Notes: generated from the sequence alone by a model not told the origin. 64,000 nt of DNA from Eukaryota sp. GEM-RC1 (GCA_040285855.1 JAUFOQ010000003.1:1178001-1242000); one strand, 5' to 3'. Counted from the first letter of the stretch, positions 30,001 through 41,921 are shown. Numbers and translations: made by a program.

Positions 30001-33000
30001 GTAAATGGTTCCGCTGATTTAACAGATACATCAGTATTTGAAATAGTTAAATCTGCCGCTGCCGATGTTGATCTTATTGATCTTTATCTTAGACAAAACT
30101 CATTGTTCAATGTTTCTTGTGATATTCCCATTCAAGTCAGAAACTTTTACCACCTTGGAGGTCATCGATCTGGTGACTCAGATGTCTATGTCAATTCTTT
30201 GTACCATTGGTCTGGGGGTAAATTGTCTTCTCATTTATCAACTTCAACTACCATTGTCACATCATCTGCTACTGCTGAGTTAGATGCAACTGGATCAATG
30301 AATCCAAGAATTATTGATGATCATCTTTTACTCATGTTTGGAAACGGTACCTGGACTACTAGTGACACTACTCTTGTTAATGGTGTTATTAATGTAACTG
30401 ATCACTCTACCTTCTTGATTAATAATCCTTCTCAAGTACGACTTATTGGTGATGATGATTCCAACTTATACGTACATGGTCACTTGATTAAAGAAACTGA
30501 TTCCAGGTTCTTAGATCAATGTCCAACAACAGTCTTCAATCTAGTCACTGTGAACAATGGCTTCTTTGTAACAGAGAAAATCACCAAACTTATTGGAGGT
30601 GAAGCTCGTGTTGTTGGTGGAACTCTAGTTGTTTCAGATATATTTGAAGTTGATCAGTACTCTGAAGTACTTGGTTATTCATTAATCCATCTAGATGACC
30701 TTAATTCTAACTTCACTTCTTTTGGTCATTTCAACAGTTCTGGATCCTTCAAAATATCTCTTGGAAGTGCTTCTTTTACTAATCACTCACTCACAACTCA
30801 ACTGAACTTGCTTCTTGAAGATGGTTTTGTTTCAATGAATTCTAATGGTCGAATGATCACGTTTACTGGAACGGTTCTTGGAGGTGAACTAATTGTCATT
30901 GATGATTACTTTGTTGATACCACTATTTCTCTATTACTTCAAGATGGTTTGGTCAATGTATCTTCTCTTAATGATGTGTCATTTGTTGCTAGTAACATTA
31001 CGGTTTACAATGGTGAGTTCCACTGTGAGACCAGCTCCGGATGTTTGTTCTCTAACACTCAGTTATATCTACTTGGACATGGGCTGGTTGTTCTTCAAGA
31101 CGACCTAAAAGACCCTCACTTTGCTTTTGTTCAGCTGACTGATGGTACCTTTACTATTAACCAGGACTGGCTTTCTTCTTATGTCGAAGTTGAACATCTC
31201 CTGCTCAACGGTGGTTTGAGAAGTGGTTTGAAATTGTTGAATATTTCACGACTATTTGAATGGACGTCTGGATCATTATCCGATAACTCCATTACTTACA
31301 GTCACGCTTATACCCTCATTCATCATCCTGATGATAAGTTCTTGAAAGCAAACCACTCTCTTGTCCTTAGAGCTTACAGTTTGTTCGCTGAAGGTAAATT
31401 GATTTGTGGAGAACTATCGTCAATTACCAACACTCCTGATTCTCTATTTGTAATTAATGGAACTGGTGAAATCATTCCTGAAACTTTAGACAATCTTCCG
31501 GTCTTCTACAATAAGCCAAGTGCAACAATTTTGAAATATGGATGTTCCCAATTTGATGTTGATTTCATTCTTCAAAACGAAGGTCTGTTACGTATAGTTG
31601 ATCCTATTACTGATTGTTCTGAAGGAAACATCTTCTCAATTGGACCTTCTTCATGGTCTTCTGGTGTTATTATTTTAGAAGAATCTACTGTACTAAGTCT
31701 TCTTGGAACTTTCAAAGTCAACGAATCATCTCTAGTTACTGGAGAAGGAGAATTTAGAATAGCCACCCCTGAAACCTTTGTAACAATTGCTGGTGTTTTC
31801 AATCACTCTGGTGACTTGGTTATTATAGACGCTGCTGACGATTCCAATGTCGTCATCACTGACACTGCTGTTGTTGTCAAAATGAATCTTAAAATATTTG
31901 CTGATGGTACTGTTCTCTTTGATGAGTACTCCTATGTTCCTTTGTTGCTATTCATATGGATTATGGTACAGTTTCATTTGCCAATAACTCTGTGGTTGAT
32001 CATCTTTATAGTGTTGTAATCACAGATGGTATTATTGAAGTTCTCCCAGGATCTCGCATCTCAATGACTGACTCTTTAGTTTTTGTTGGAGGAAACGGCC
32101 AAGTAATTCTATATACTGATAGTTTTACTGATATCACTAATTCTTCTTTCAGATTAGTTGGAGGTTCAGTTCATGTCCAAAATAATTCTCTCTCTGCAAC
32201 TGCTTTGTTCTCTGATGCTTTAATTGATGGAGGTTCACTCATCCTTGATGCTTCTCCCATGTATATCTCTGAACTTGTTCTTCTTCAAGGACAACGATCT
32301 GGCTTTGGACTTCTTGAAGTAACTGATAAACTTGAATGGCAAGGAGGTTCTTTCATTGGAAATGGAACGACAAGGAATATGAACTTAATGGTTGTTGAAG
32401 GAACTTCCTTGATGATCATTGATGAAGGACATGTTCTAGAGAGTTTTGGATATATTTCCCTTACTCAAGGACAATTAGAAGCTGGAAAATTCACTAAAAT
32501 CATCAACAGACCTTCTGGAGAATTCGTTATTGGTGGTGATGGAACTCTAACTCCCACTGCCTTTGATGAGGAATTACCCATCTTTATCAATGAAGGATTA
32601 TTTGTAAAGGGTGTTACTGACTCAAAGTTTGAATTCCTATTAGCTCTTCAAAACTACGGTACTGCTTCAGTATCAAACGGAACTCTTGCAGTAGGAACCA
32701 ATTCTTATTCTGAGGGATTAATCCAAATTTCACAGGAGTCTACCTTTGAACTTACTGGTCTTTTCGTCTTCAAAGATTCTTCTGTCGTTACAAATGCACC
32801 AGGAACAATCCATGTATCCAATTCACAATCCAACGTTTCTGTAGCTGGAGCTTTCAATCACACTGGAATCCTATTAATAACTGATGGGCTTGTTGAATTC
32901 TCAAGAAATCTGTTTGTCGAGACTGTTAATGTTCATCAATCTGGAGGTGATTTCTTAGTTAATGGAGAAGCTAACTCAATGTCAATGACACTATCTGGTG

Positions 33001-36000
33001 GTCAAACTAACTTAAAAGATCAATTTGTTCTTCATCAATTAGATTTCCTTTATGTTTCTAATTCATCTCTCCTCACCTTGGAACCTCACACCAATATTTC
33101 ATCTTCTCTTTCCCAATGGTTTATTACTGGTGGTTCACTCTTAGTGTCACCTTCAGTTCACATCTCGTTAGACAGAGTTTACTTCAATCAATCTGGAGGT
33201 GTTGTATCTTTCGATACTACTTCTACTGACAATTCTGTTCACTTTACTGATCTTATTCTTTGTGATGGTATTTTCGACCTCAACAAGATCTACTCAATTG
33301 TTGTTGATAGATTTGTTCTTTGCGGTGGATTAAGAAAAGGTACTGGCAATATCAATGTTTACACTCTCTTTTCTTGGACTAGTGGAGTTTTAACTGAAGC
33401 TGGTAGTACAACCCTCTATGCTCCCTCTCTCTTCACTGAAGATCATCCCAAGACATTGAACAATAGTCACTTCTTGATCAATTGGCACAACTTAGAAGTC
33501 CTTGATACCGTTGTTGATCTTGAACATTCATCTCAATTTATCAACCACTTGAATGCTTCCCTCATTTTGTCCAATTCTTCTGTTAGCTCCTTTGTCATCC
33601 CCTGACGATCATTATTATGTTGAAAACTTTGGATCAATTGTCGTACGATCAGATAGCTCTTCTACTATCAGTACTTCCACTTTAAACAATGGTTTAATCA
33701 CAATCAGTGATGGCTCTACTCTAATGACGACATCATTAATTGATAACTTTGGCCACGTAGCTGTTGACCCGTCATCAGTTTTGGTTATTGTTGACGAGTT
33801 CTTGTTCAGACCCTCTTCAATTATCTCTGGTTTTGGTTCTGTTCAAGTTTCCACTCCTAATGCTGATGTCACCATTGGCATTCATTTCACTAACATTTCT
33901 GCACTCATTGTCGATCATGGTGCTGTTGTTACGTCATCACCTCACTGTGAACTTTCCCAATTCAATCTGATTGTATCTAACGCTTCATTCTTGTCTTCAC
34001 ATTGTCAAATGTCTTCGCTCAATGTTTCACTTGATTCATCTGCTTTATTCAACTTCAATGGAACTTCATCATTATCTTTCTTCAACGTCGAACTTACATC
34101 TGGTAAGTTTATTGGATCTGGACACTCTGCATCTGTATCTTCACTAGGATCAACAATTTCTCTAACTGGAAAAGACTCATTGATGAAATTATCTGATGGA
34201 TTGAAGTTATCTAATGAACTCAAACAACTTTCAGTTGCTAATCAATCAGTTTTGATTGTGAATGATGATGTTAAGCTTGATGATTTTGAAATTGATTCTT
34301 TCCTTTTAGATGCAGGATTCTTCAACTTTTATGAGCCTTCAGTTAATCTTCCCATCAGCAACATTCGTTCTGTTACTGGAGTTATCAATAGTCATGGCTC
34401 CATCTCTGTCTCTCACTTTGCTAATGTAGAATCTATTAATTTCTATGGAAATGGATCGACTTTGTTCAAAGACTCTGCTCAATGTATGTTCAATCATGGT
34501 GACGTTGTTATTGATACTCACTCAGTTGTGATTGACTGTACTGGTGCTATTAATGATTCTAGCTTTGTTGTCTCAAATGCTGAATTATTGCTTGATTCTT
34601 CCAGTGATTTATATGTATCTTCCTCTTTGTTTGATGGTTATGGTTCTATTGTCGCTGCTGGAAAACTGTTGTTCAATACCTTCAACAATTTCAACATCAA
34701 AACCAACATTCAGGGAAGTTCTACTGTTAGTGATTTCAGTACTGTTTATATGAATTCTTCAATTGTGTTTGAGACTAGTTCTCATTCAGAGCTTTTAGGC
34801 GATGTTCATATAGCTCCTTCTTCATCTGTAGACGTGTTTGGAAGTGTTAACTGTGATGTGTTTTCTCCTTGTTTCATCAATTCTGGTAATTTAACTATTC
34901 ATCCCGTTTCCAAACTCTCTCATGTTTACTTATCATCTCTCCAAGGATCCATTACTGTAAACTCTGATTCTTCAATTAATCATTTAATAATGTCTTCTTC
35001 TGATGGTGAATCTTTTGTTTATTCCGAAGTTGTTGACCTCGACTTGTTTGAAGTTTCTGGTGGTAATCTTACTATCACGTCATCCATTTCCAATCTCAAT
35101 GTATCTAAAGTTGTTTGTGGAGTTATTGAAGTTGACGGTTCTTCTGTCTCTCATGTTTCTCATTTCGTCCTTTCTGGGGAATCTCTCTTCAATGTTTCTC
35201 GATCTGAATTGAATCTTATTGACACAACATTAAATATCAACGATGGTCAATTAATCCTCAATGACGACAATGATTTGATTTTCTCTAAGCCTTCTACAAC
35301 TGATCTCTGTCAATCTGGTGGTGAAATTCTTTCCGAATTCCCTCTTGTTTTGTCTTTATTGAACCTCACTGATGGTTCATTCACTTCTGAAACTGTTGTT
35401 GAAGAGACGTTCTATCTCGAGAATGGAAAGGTTATCAATTCTAACATTACAACTAGCAAGGTTGCAACATGTTCCCAATCATTGAACATTGTTGATTCTC
35501 TTATAACCATTGACAATGAATTTGCATCTCTTTGTGAATCCGTTTGGTCCGCTTCCAATTCCACTTTCATCATTAATACTTCTGATGAATTCAATACTCC
35601 TCATCCATTCTCTCTACTTGATACTGAGAAGGATTCTCTAGTTGTGTATACTCGTCCCTTGATCTTTGCTGACTCCCACAGCACTTCACTCCAATACCAA
35701 TGTACACTTCCTGTATGGTGGTGAGGTATCTGGTTCATTAACTGTTCAACTACCAATTCTGTTCTCCAAGGATCTGACTGTCAAAGAAACTGGTGAGCTC
35801 GTCTTTGATGAACTATCAATTCCTATCAACTCTTCACTCAATGTTCATCATGGATCTTTAACAAGTGGAAATCTTGAAATTCTAGGCCAATTAGATATGA
35901 TTGGAACTTCTACTCATAAGCATACCCTTACTTTAACTCCTCTTTCAACAGTCACTGTCACTCTCTACTTGGATGGTACCAATGATATGTTAATCGTTGA

Positions 36001-39000
36001 TGACGTGGTTTATGATGGAACTCTAGATATTTCATTTGATCCACGACTTCCACTTGCTGAATCCACTGAGTTTACCTTCTTTGAACATCAATCTCACCAA
36101 GGAAACTTTTCAACTAAGTCTGGAAGTTGTACCTTTAACTTTGACTTTAAGTATCACTCAGATCGTATGTTTGGTAAGGTTGGTCGTGAGTTCGATCCTT
36201 CCTATTCTGAAGTATTCTACATTGCACCAGCTCCCTTAGGTTATGATTCTCATTGTTGTGGATCTGACATTGCTCCTTGTAGAACTCTGGAAACAACCTT
36301 GTCCAAGGCAATTAAAGGTGATACCATTATCTTTATGGAAGGTACTTATCGTGGTTACACTCCGTTAGTTTTCTCAAGTGAAATTATTGGTTATGTTAAG
36401 GGAACTAATGCAAACTTCCTTTGTGAGTCCAACGAAATTGGTTTAACAGTGTCACATCATCAAACCAATCTCTCGATCTCTTCTTTAATCTTTACTGACT
36501 GTCAATCAGCCATCAGATCTGTGTCTTCTGAGCTTATTGTTGATGACGTCTCTGTTTCATCTCCATCAAACTCCTCTTCTGGTCGAGTTTTAACTTCATT
36601 TGCTAGTTTTGTTCGCTTCAAGACCTCAGTCTATTCGTCTTTAACAGGTCCATTGTTCGCTATTCACAGTACTTCAATGGTTAACTTTGAAAACTTGATT
36701 GTTGAAAAATCTACTGGTCACTTAATGCAAGGACAATCTTCATTTGTTTTTGCAGACAAATTAAACATTTCTGAAGGAATCAATTCCATGATTGTTTCTA
36801 AGTCAATCACTTTTGATATCAATTCTCTAATTCTTCACAAAACTTCTACTTCCTCTCTGTTCCGTCTTGTCATGGGTACTGTCTCACTCAAAAATCTTGA
36901 TTTGATTGACTCTTCCGTCACAAATCCAATTGTCCTATCACATGCTAAACTCAACTTGGAACAAATGACTGTCACTAACTGTATTGTTGGTGGTCATTTC
37001 ATTAAAGCAATGTTTTCAGAAATTTCAATGAATGGATCTCATTTCAATTCTCTCTCGTATCCTCTTATTGATGCTGTTTCTTCAACTGTAGATTTAACTA
37101 ATGTTTTGTTCACTAATTTAGGTTCTACTCTCCCTACAATCATTGCAGCTAATTCCAAGCTTACATTGACTTCTGTTACCGCACGTGATATCCAAGCAAA
37201 CCTTTTGTGTTCAACCAAGTCTAACGAAATTCATATTTCTAATTCATCATTTACTAACTCACAGACTTCACTTTTCCGTTGTATCTCTAGTACTTCTATT
37301 TCATTCCTCCACTGTAAGTTCGATCACTGTTCTTCAACTACCAATGGTGGTGTAATCTCTGTCCCTCTTGATTCTTCTCTTTCTGTTCACCACTCTACCT
37401 TTGAATCTTGTTCCTCTGGCAGGAAGTATTCTTCTGCAGCTCAAGAGGAGGAAATCTTGAGTTCTGAATTGAGAACTATTGACGATTTTGGTCATGGAGG
37501 TGCCATTCATTCTTATTCATCTAATCTTGTCATTGAGTCCTCTTATTTCATTAACAATGAAGCAGATTACGGTGGTGCCATTTATCTATCTAATTCCACT
37601 CCAGGAACTCTGATTTCTAACACTATGTTTAACCAAAACAAGGCAGTGTTTGCTGGTGGAGCTGTATTTGTCAATTCCACTTTAACTCCTCAGATTTCTC
37701 AATCAGAAATGATTGGAAACACTGCTAGTAACTCTGATAACAGTTTAGCTTCTATCCCAGTTAGAGTGATTGCCAAGAGAATCGAAGGATCTCGCGTCAT
37801 CCTTTCCATTGTTGATTCCTATGATAACGTGGTTATTGACCCCGCACGTCATGTGATTCTTGCTCCTGGTTCCAATACTTTTGGCTTATCTAATACAAAA
37901 GATTCTTCTAACAATCAAAATGGAGAAATCACTTACCATGTTTCAATCGTCGGTTCTCCTGAAGCCCATACTCTCTTTGCCGTAAGCCATGGTCTTGAAC
38001 ACGTTGAGTTTGAAATTAATGGGGGAGAATGTCAAGACGGGGAAGGATTAGATCCTCATACCAGCATTTGTGTCCTTTGTCCTGCTGGTTCGAGGGCTGT
38101 CAGTAACCGTGGGTTCCCTGTTTGTGAGCCCTGTGGTATTGGTGAATGGTCTCAACCTGGTTCTTCTTCTTGCTCTCGTTGTCTTCCTGGTTCTAAGAGA
38201 TCCCTCAATGATACTGGCTGTGTGTCATGTACTTTGAGGTCAATCGCTCCTGATAGTGGTATGTCTGAATGTCTTCCTTGTGGTTTAAGACAAGCTGCCA
38301 ATGATGGTATGACTGAATGTCTTTGTGATGGTAATCTTTACTTTGATGGATCTGACTGTATTAAGTGTCCTACTGGTTTACTTTGTGAAGCCTTCAATCA
38401 ATTCTGTGTCCTACCTGGCTTCTACCAATCCTCTGATGGTACTGTTTCTCCTTGTAAGAAGTCTGGTTGTCTTGGTAATTGTACTTCATCACTTGAGCAG
38501 TGTGGTGACAGTTATACTGGGCCTCATTGTAGTCACTGCAAAGATGGTTATTATGCTCAGGGAGATTTGTGTTCTGATTGTCCTAGCACTCTTGTTATTT
38601 TAGCAATCATTGCGAGTCAAATTATCATTTATTCATGTCTAATTCCTCTTGTCTCTATTGACAAGAAACGCAAGTTCCAAGCACTTCCGTTCTACTTACC
38701 TCTTATTCGTTTCATTCAATGTCTATGTGCCATTAGACTAATTACTGCTATCCCACTTCCTTCCTCTGTTCACTACATCTTTGATGTATTAGATGCTGTC
38801 ATGCTTCGTCCTTGGGGTTCTCCCATCACTGCTTGTGCTGGATTACCTTCAGGGTTCAAAACATTATTCATTACATCGTCAGCAATTCTGCCTTGTATCG
38901 TAGGTATTGGGCTTCTTCTTAAGGGAATTTCTATTTCCTCTGTATTCTTCCAAATTTTCCTTGCCGTTCCTGCTCATAATTTGTTGAGTGTATTCAGTTG

Positions 39001-39616
39001 TAAACGTCATGATTCTTCTGACTTCTTCTCACCCTTCTTCAACGATCTCACTTGTTTCTCCAGTGAATGGTACTTATTAGCATTTATTGCGATTTCATTT
39101 GTTGCAATTTATGTTGGCTACTTCATTTATGTTGTTCTTCTCAATGTTCGCAATGAATTCACTGAAACTCGATCGACTGTATCTTATACCGGTGAAGTCT
39201 TGAATCAGCTTCAAGTCGGTGCCATAGTTGGTGTTCTCTTTACTATGGAATCTTTAGGTACAGTGGTTCAAGCTTCTGTTGGATTCTGTCTCTGTTTGAT
39301 GACGATTGCAATCATCTCTAAGAAAACTCTTTTCGAACACCCTAGAGCTCAACTTCTTCAGAAACTATACCTAATCATTGAGGCTTGTCTTTTGATGTTG
39401 GTATTTGTTCGAGCTATGGATGTCATAAACACATCTGATATTTTTGTCAATGTTGTTCTTTTCATTGTTTTTGTGTCAGTTGTATTAGCTATTGCATTGT
39501 GTCTTCAGACTTTTATTTCTGGAAAAGTAGATCCTGTGGCCTTTAAACCTGGTGGTTTCCGAACCAATCGGTTGCAGAATCCGTTGGTTCATTTAACTTC
39601 ATTCATTTACCGCTAG
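2..39616 (+). CDS. Giant (>13,000 aa, 5'-partial) cell-surface repeat protein: beta-solenoid/adhesin-like ectodomain, PMP-like repeats, Cys-rich repeats, multi-pass TM C-terminus; broken by 16 single-base frameshifts
   Basis: 17 consecutive + strand ORFs (14..679 through 35666..39616) overlap or abut, and one 1-nt indel per junction restores a continuous frame (near 670, 1626, 3540, 8128, 10568, 12850, 14275, 18178, 20510, 21728, 22630, 23390, 27200, 31937, 33600, 35680). The apparent gaps 8252-8396, 10609-10722 and 23442-23625 are open in the downstream frame. Composition is uniformly S/T/V/I/F/D/G-rich with many N-x-S/T sequons. The frame is open to the window start; stop TAG at 39614-39616. 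Confidence 0.8.
640..2780 (+). repeat. Near-identical 870-bp (290-aa) coding tandem repeat, about 2.5 copies, with diverged copies on both sides
   Basis: Marker actttg(g)aagcagg at 751, 1621 and 2492. The peptide ...VNLHVIELFDQSKLIMDRYSSVEHFTFYGGYLEG... recurs three times with minor changes. Weaker copies lie at 1-640 and 2780-4250. Confidence 0.9.
18640..20480 (+). repeat. Diverged two-copy coding duplication, period about 981 bp
   Basis: DEVHLLEHLNWQGGGFGLSTHYVV (~18845) vs DEVHLLIDLFWYGGGFGLSTHYIV (~19826); flanking motifs also align (VTCQHGDVTFNTL vs VTCINGDLTLNTL). Confidence 0.75.
26188..30494 (+). repeat. Near-identical 1131-bp (377-aa) coding tandem repeat, about 3.8 copies
   Basis: Marker ttctaaatgtcactggattc at 26191, 27323, 28454 and 29585 (spacing 1132 including one extra C, then 1131, 1131). 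SSLLNVTGFYEVYGEITIN occurs four times. Confidence 0.95.
36200..39616 (+). other. C-terminal module of the giant protein: pectin-lyase-like beta-helix with PMP-type repeats, Cys-rich (GCC2/GCC3/ephrin-receptor-like) repeats, about 7-9 TM helices
   Basis: FYIAP..GYDSHCCGSDIAPCRTL...GDTIIFMEGTY cap motif; GGAIHSY, FINNEADYGGAIYL, FNQNKAVFAGGAVFV; CxxCxxG repeats at ~38030-38585; long hydrophobic segments at ~38590-39520; short basic tail. Confidence 0.75.
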
Positions 39617-40273
39617 TCTGTATTTATAGATTTTTATTCTGTTTTTATAAAGTTTTAGTAATATTTGTTTCAATCTGTAACACACAACACACACATTGTA
39701 GTGCTTTCAACTGTTTACAATCACATTTGTACATCACAAATCATCTGATCTGTGATCACAGATGTGATTTGTGGTCGTGATATTTTCCAGAAATTTTTGA
39801 TATGCTGTGAATTGTCATACGTTAACCGATTAAGGCCTGCTACATAGAAACAATCAAATAGGGTGTGTCTGCATTGGTTGCTTCAAAACAAGTGAGTAGA
39901 ACCATGGGGCAAAAGATGATTAGCATCGAATACATTACAAAACAATATTTTTCAATTAAGAGCCCTATACAAAACTACATCGGTTAAATACTGATCAACA
40001 TCCTACTGGTTGAAGACGTAAACGTAACATATATTACTCTTAAAAGACACCATCCACACAGTAATAACAGAAAACCAAAGAAGGAAGACATCAATGATAT
40101 TGTGACTCGTTTTTTCTGAGTTTACATGAGTAATTTTATTGCTGTGATTCACACTTTGTAAATGTGATATGTGATATCAAATCACACAACGGAGAAATAC
40201 TCGTGTGAAGTACACCTATGTTTACAATCATACATGCTTTAAAAAATATCGACCAAACATGTACCATTTGAAC

Positions 40274-41033
40274 CAGCGATGCGAAGAAATTAATTTTAAT
40301 TAAATGAATAATTCTTGACACCCTGAATTAATTAATTTTAATTCATATGGCCTAAAATTAGTTAATTTTAATTCTCCGGTCCCACAATTAATTAATTGCA
40401 ATTAATTCTTTAGTAGCAATACGATAACATACAACATACTATCAATCACAATTACCTTCTTAATTCAATGGCAGTGAATCTGGTACCGTTGTCTTATGAC
40501 AGTTCCTAAAAGAATTGATTTCACTACAACAAAGTACGGAAAAACAGGTTCCAAAGATGGAATATTGCTTCGTTAGAGAACTGAATGATTCTCATAGTTA
40601 CTATATCAAACTATTATGATGACAATAAACCAGGAACGAGTTATATTGTCCTGTTTTGGAGTTTGTTTGCGTTTTGAATCTCTTACACTAAGAAAGTTTG
40701 ATGATATCGTCAGTTTGCTGGTATTTAGCAGTCCAGGTTTCACAAGTTTCCACTGTTACACTACCACGCTAGGTATTTGTAAGGTTCTCATGTGCACTAG
40801 ATGATCTTGGTTCGACACATGTAAAAATGAACAATGCGTTCTTGTTGAATGGTGAGACGATGACTTAGTATGGCTTACAAGGAATTATACAATTAATTCT
40901 ACTAATTCCCGTTAATTAATTTTAATTCTAAGGTGTAACAATTAATTAATTATAATTCTAAGCATCTAGAATTAATTAATTCTCAGGGAATTGATTCAAT
41001 TAATTATAATTAAATTAATTTTTCGCATCACTG
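40274..41033. mobile_element. Non-autonomous hAT-type DNA transposon (760 bp)
   Basis: Imperfect TIR CAGCGATGCGAAGAAATTAATT vs reverse complement of the right end CAGTGATGCGAAAAATTAATT; exact 8-bp TSD ATTTGAAC at 40266-40273 and 41034-41041; AATTAATT subterminal repeats at both ends; no long ORF. Confidence 0.85.
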
Positions 41034-41921
41034 ATTTGAACAGTCAAAAAACGCCTGCAATTTCGAATTACAAATAAAGAATATCGTCATTACTAGAGAT
41101 GAGAAAATAACTAAAAGTTGGTATCAATTAATTTGTGAGACCAAATGTCAGCTTTCACAATTGGTCTCAGTGAGACTAAGTGTTGTCGCTAGTGTATTTG
41201 ACTTGTCTCATGTGTTAAATTGATAGTACGTTTCAACTGTTACCGTCTATAGAAGACCTTTGCTCAACGTGTTATTAATAACTGTTTTTTCGCTATTTGT
41301 TCATAATTCACCTATTTTAAAAAAATGTGTACGATCCTTATTTTGTTTAAAATTGTGTCGAATTTGTTCAAGCGTTTTTGAGTAATGAATTGTGCAGCTG
41401 ATTAATTATGTAATATATAGCAATTCACTATTCAACAGTATGTAGATGGAAAAAAATCGGATACACGTATAGAGACCACCACACAACAAGTAAACAACAA
41501 ATAAATATATACTATTGCAACACACGATCTAACGAGCTGGATCAATGTACTAGTATTTTATCTACACGTTGACTTAAAAATCGAACAAACAAATATATTG
41601 TTCCAGTATAACCTGTTAAACTTTTTAGTAATTTCTGAGCACACATTTTCAATCATACCTGAAAACTCCTTAGTAGAACAACCAACATTTCCGTATAAAG
41701 ATAAAAGCTGGAAAGTCTATTGTAAAACCTGAAGACGACAGAAGGTAGAGAAGAGGTGTTTACTAACAAAATACTAGGACTTCAAATATAGCTACAACTT
41801 TGGCCAACACCTACAACTGTTTCTTGATAGATACTTGAGTAGTTGTCTGTCAGCACTACTCGATCTCTTTACTCGAGTCTTTACTCGAGTCTTTTGGCAT
41901 CTCTTCTTTTTAACAAAGGAG

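Noticed and set aside
640..30494. CRISPR-like or diversity-generating-retroelement interpretation of the long repeats plus a nearby RT
   Set aside because: The repeats are long in-frame coding units without spacers, differences are not adenine-specific, and the RT is a standard gypsy Pol inside its own LTRs.
807..38603. Many 60-230 aa antisense and alternate-frame ORFs within the giant gene (e.g. 5324..5998, 6203..6895)
   Set aside because: Shadow ORFs expected from biased codon usage and repeated along with the tandem units; no recognisable motifs.
14..39616. Reading the 17 ORFs as a bacterial-style operon or a tandem family of separate adhesin genes
   Set aside because: The context is eukaryotic, there are no intergenic spacers or per-ORF signal peptides, and the junctions are 1-nt indels, three of them contradicted by sister repeat copies.
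41857..41894. Three ~12-bp tandem units ACTCGAGTCTTT beside the LTR
   Set aside because: A short minisatellite outside the TSD with no evidence of function.
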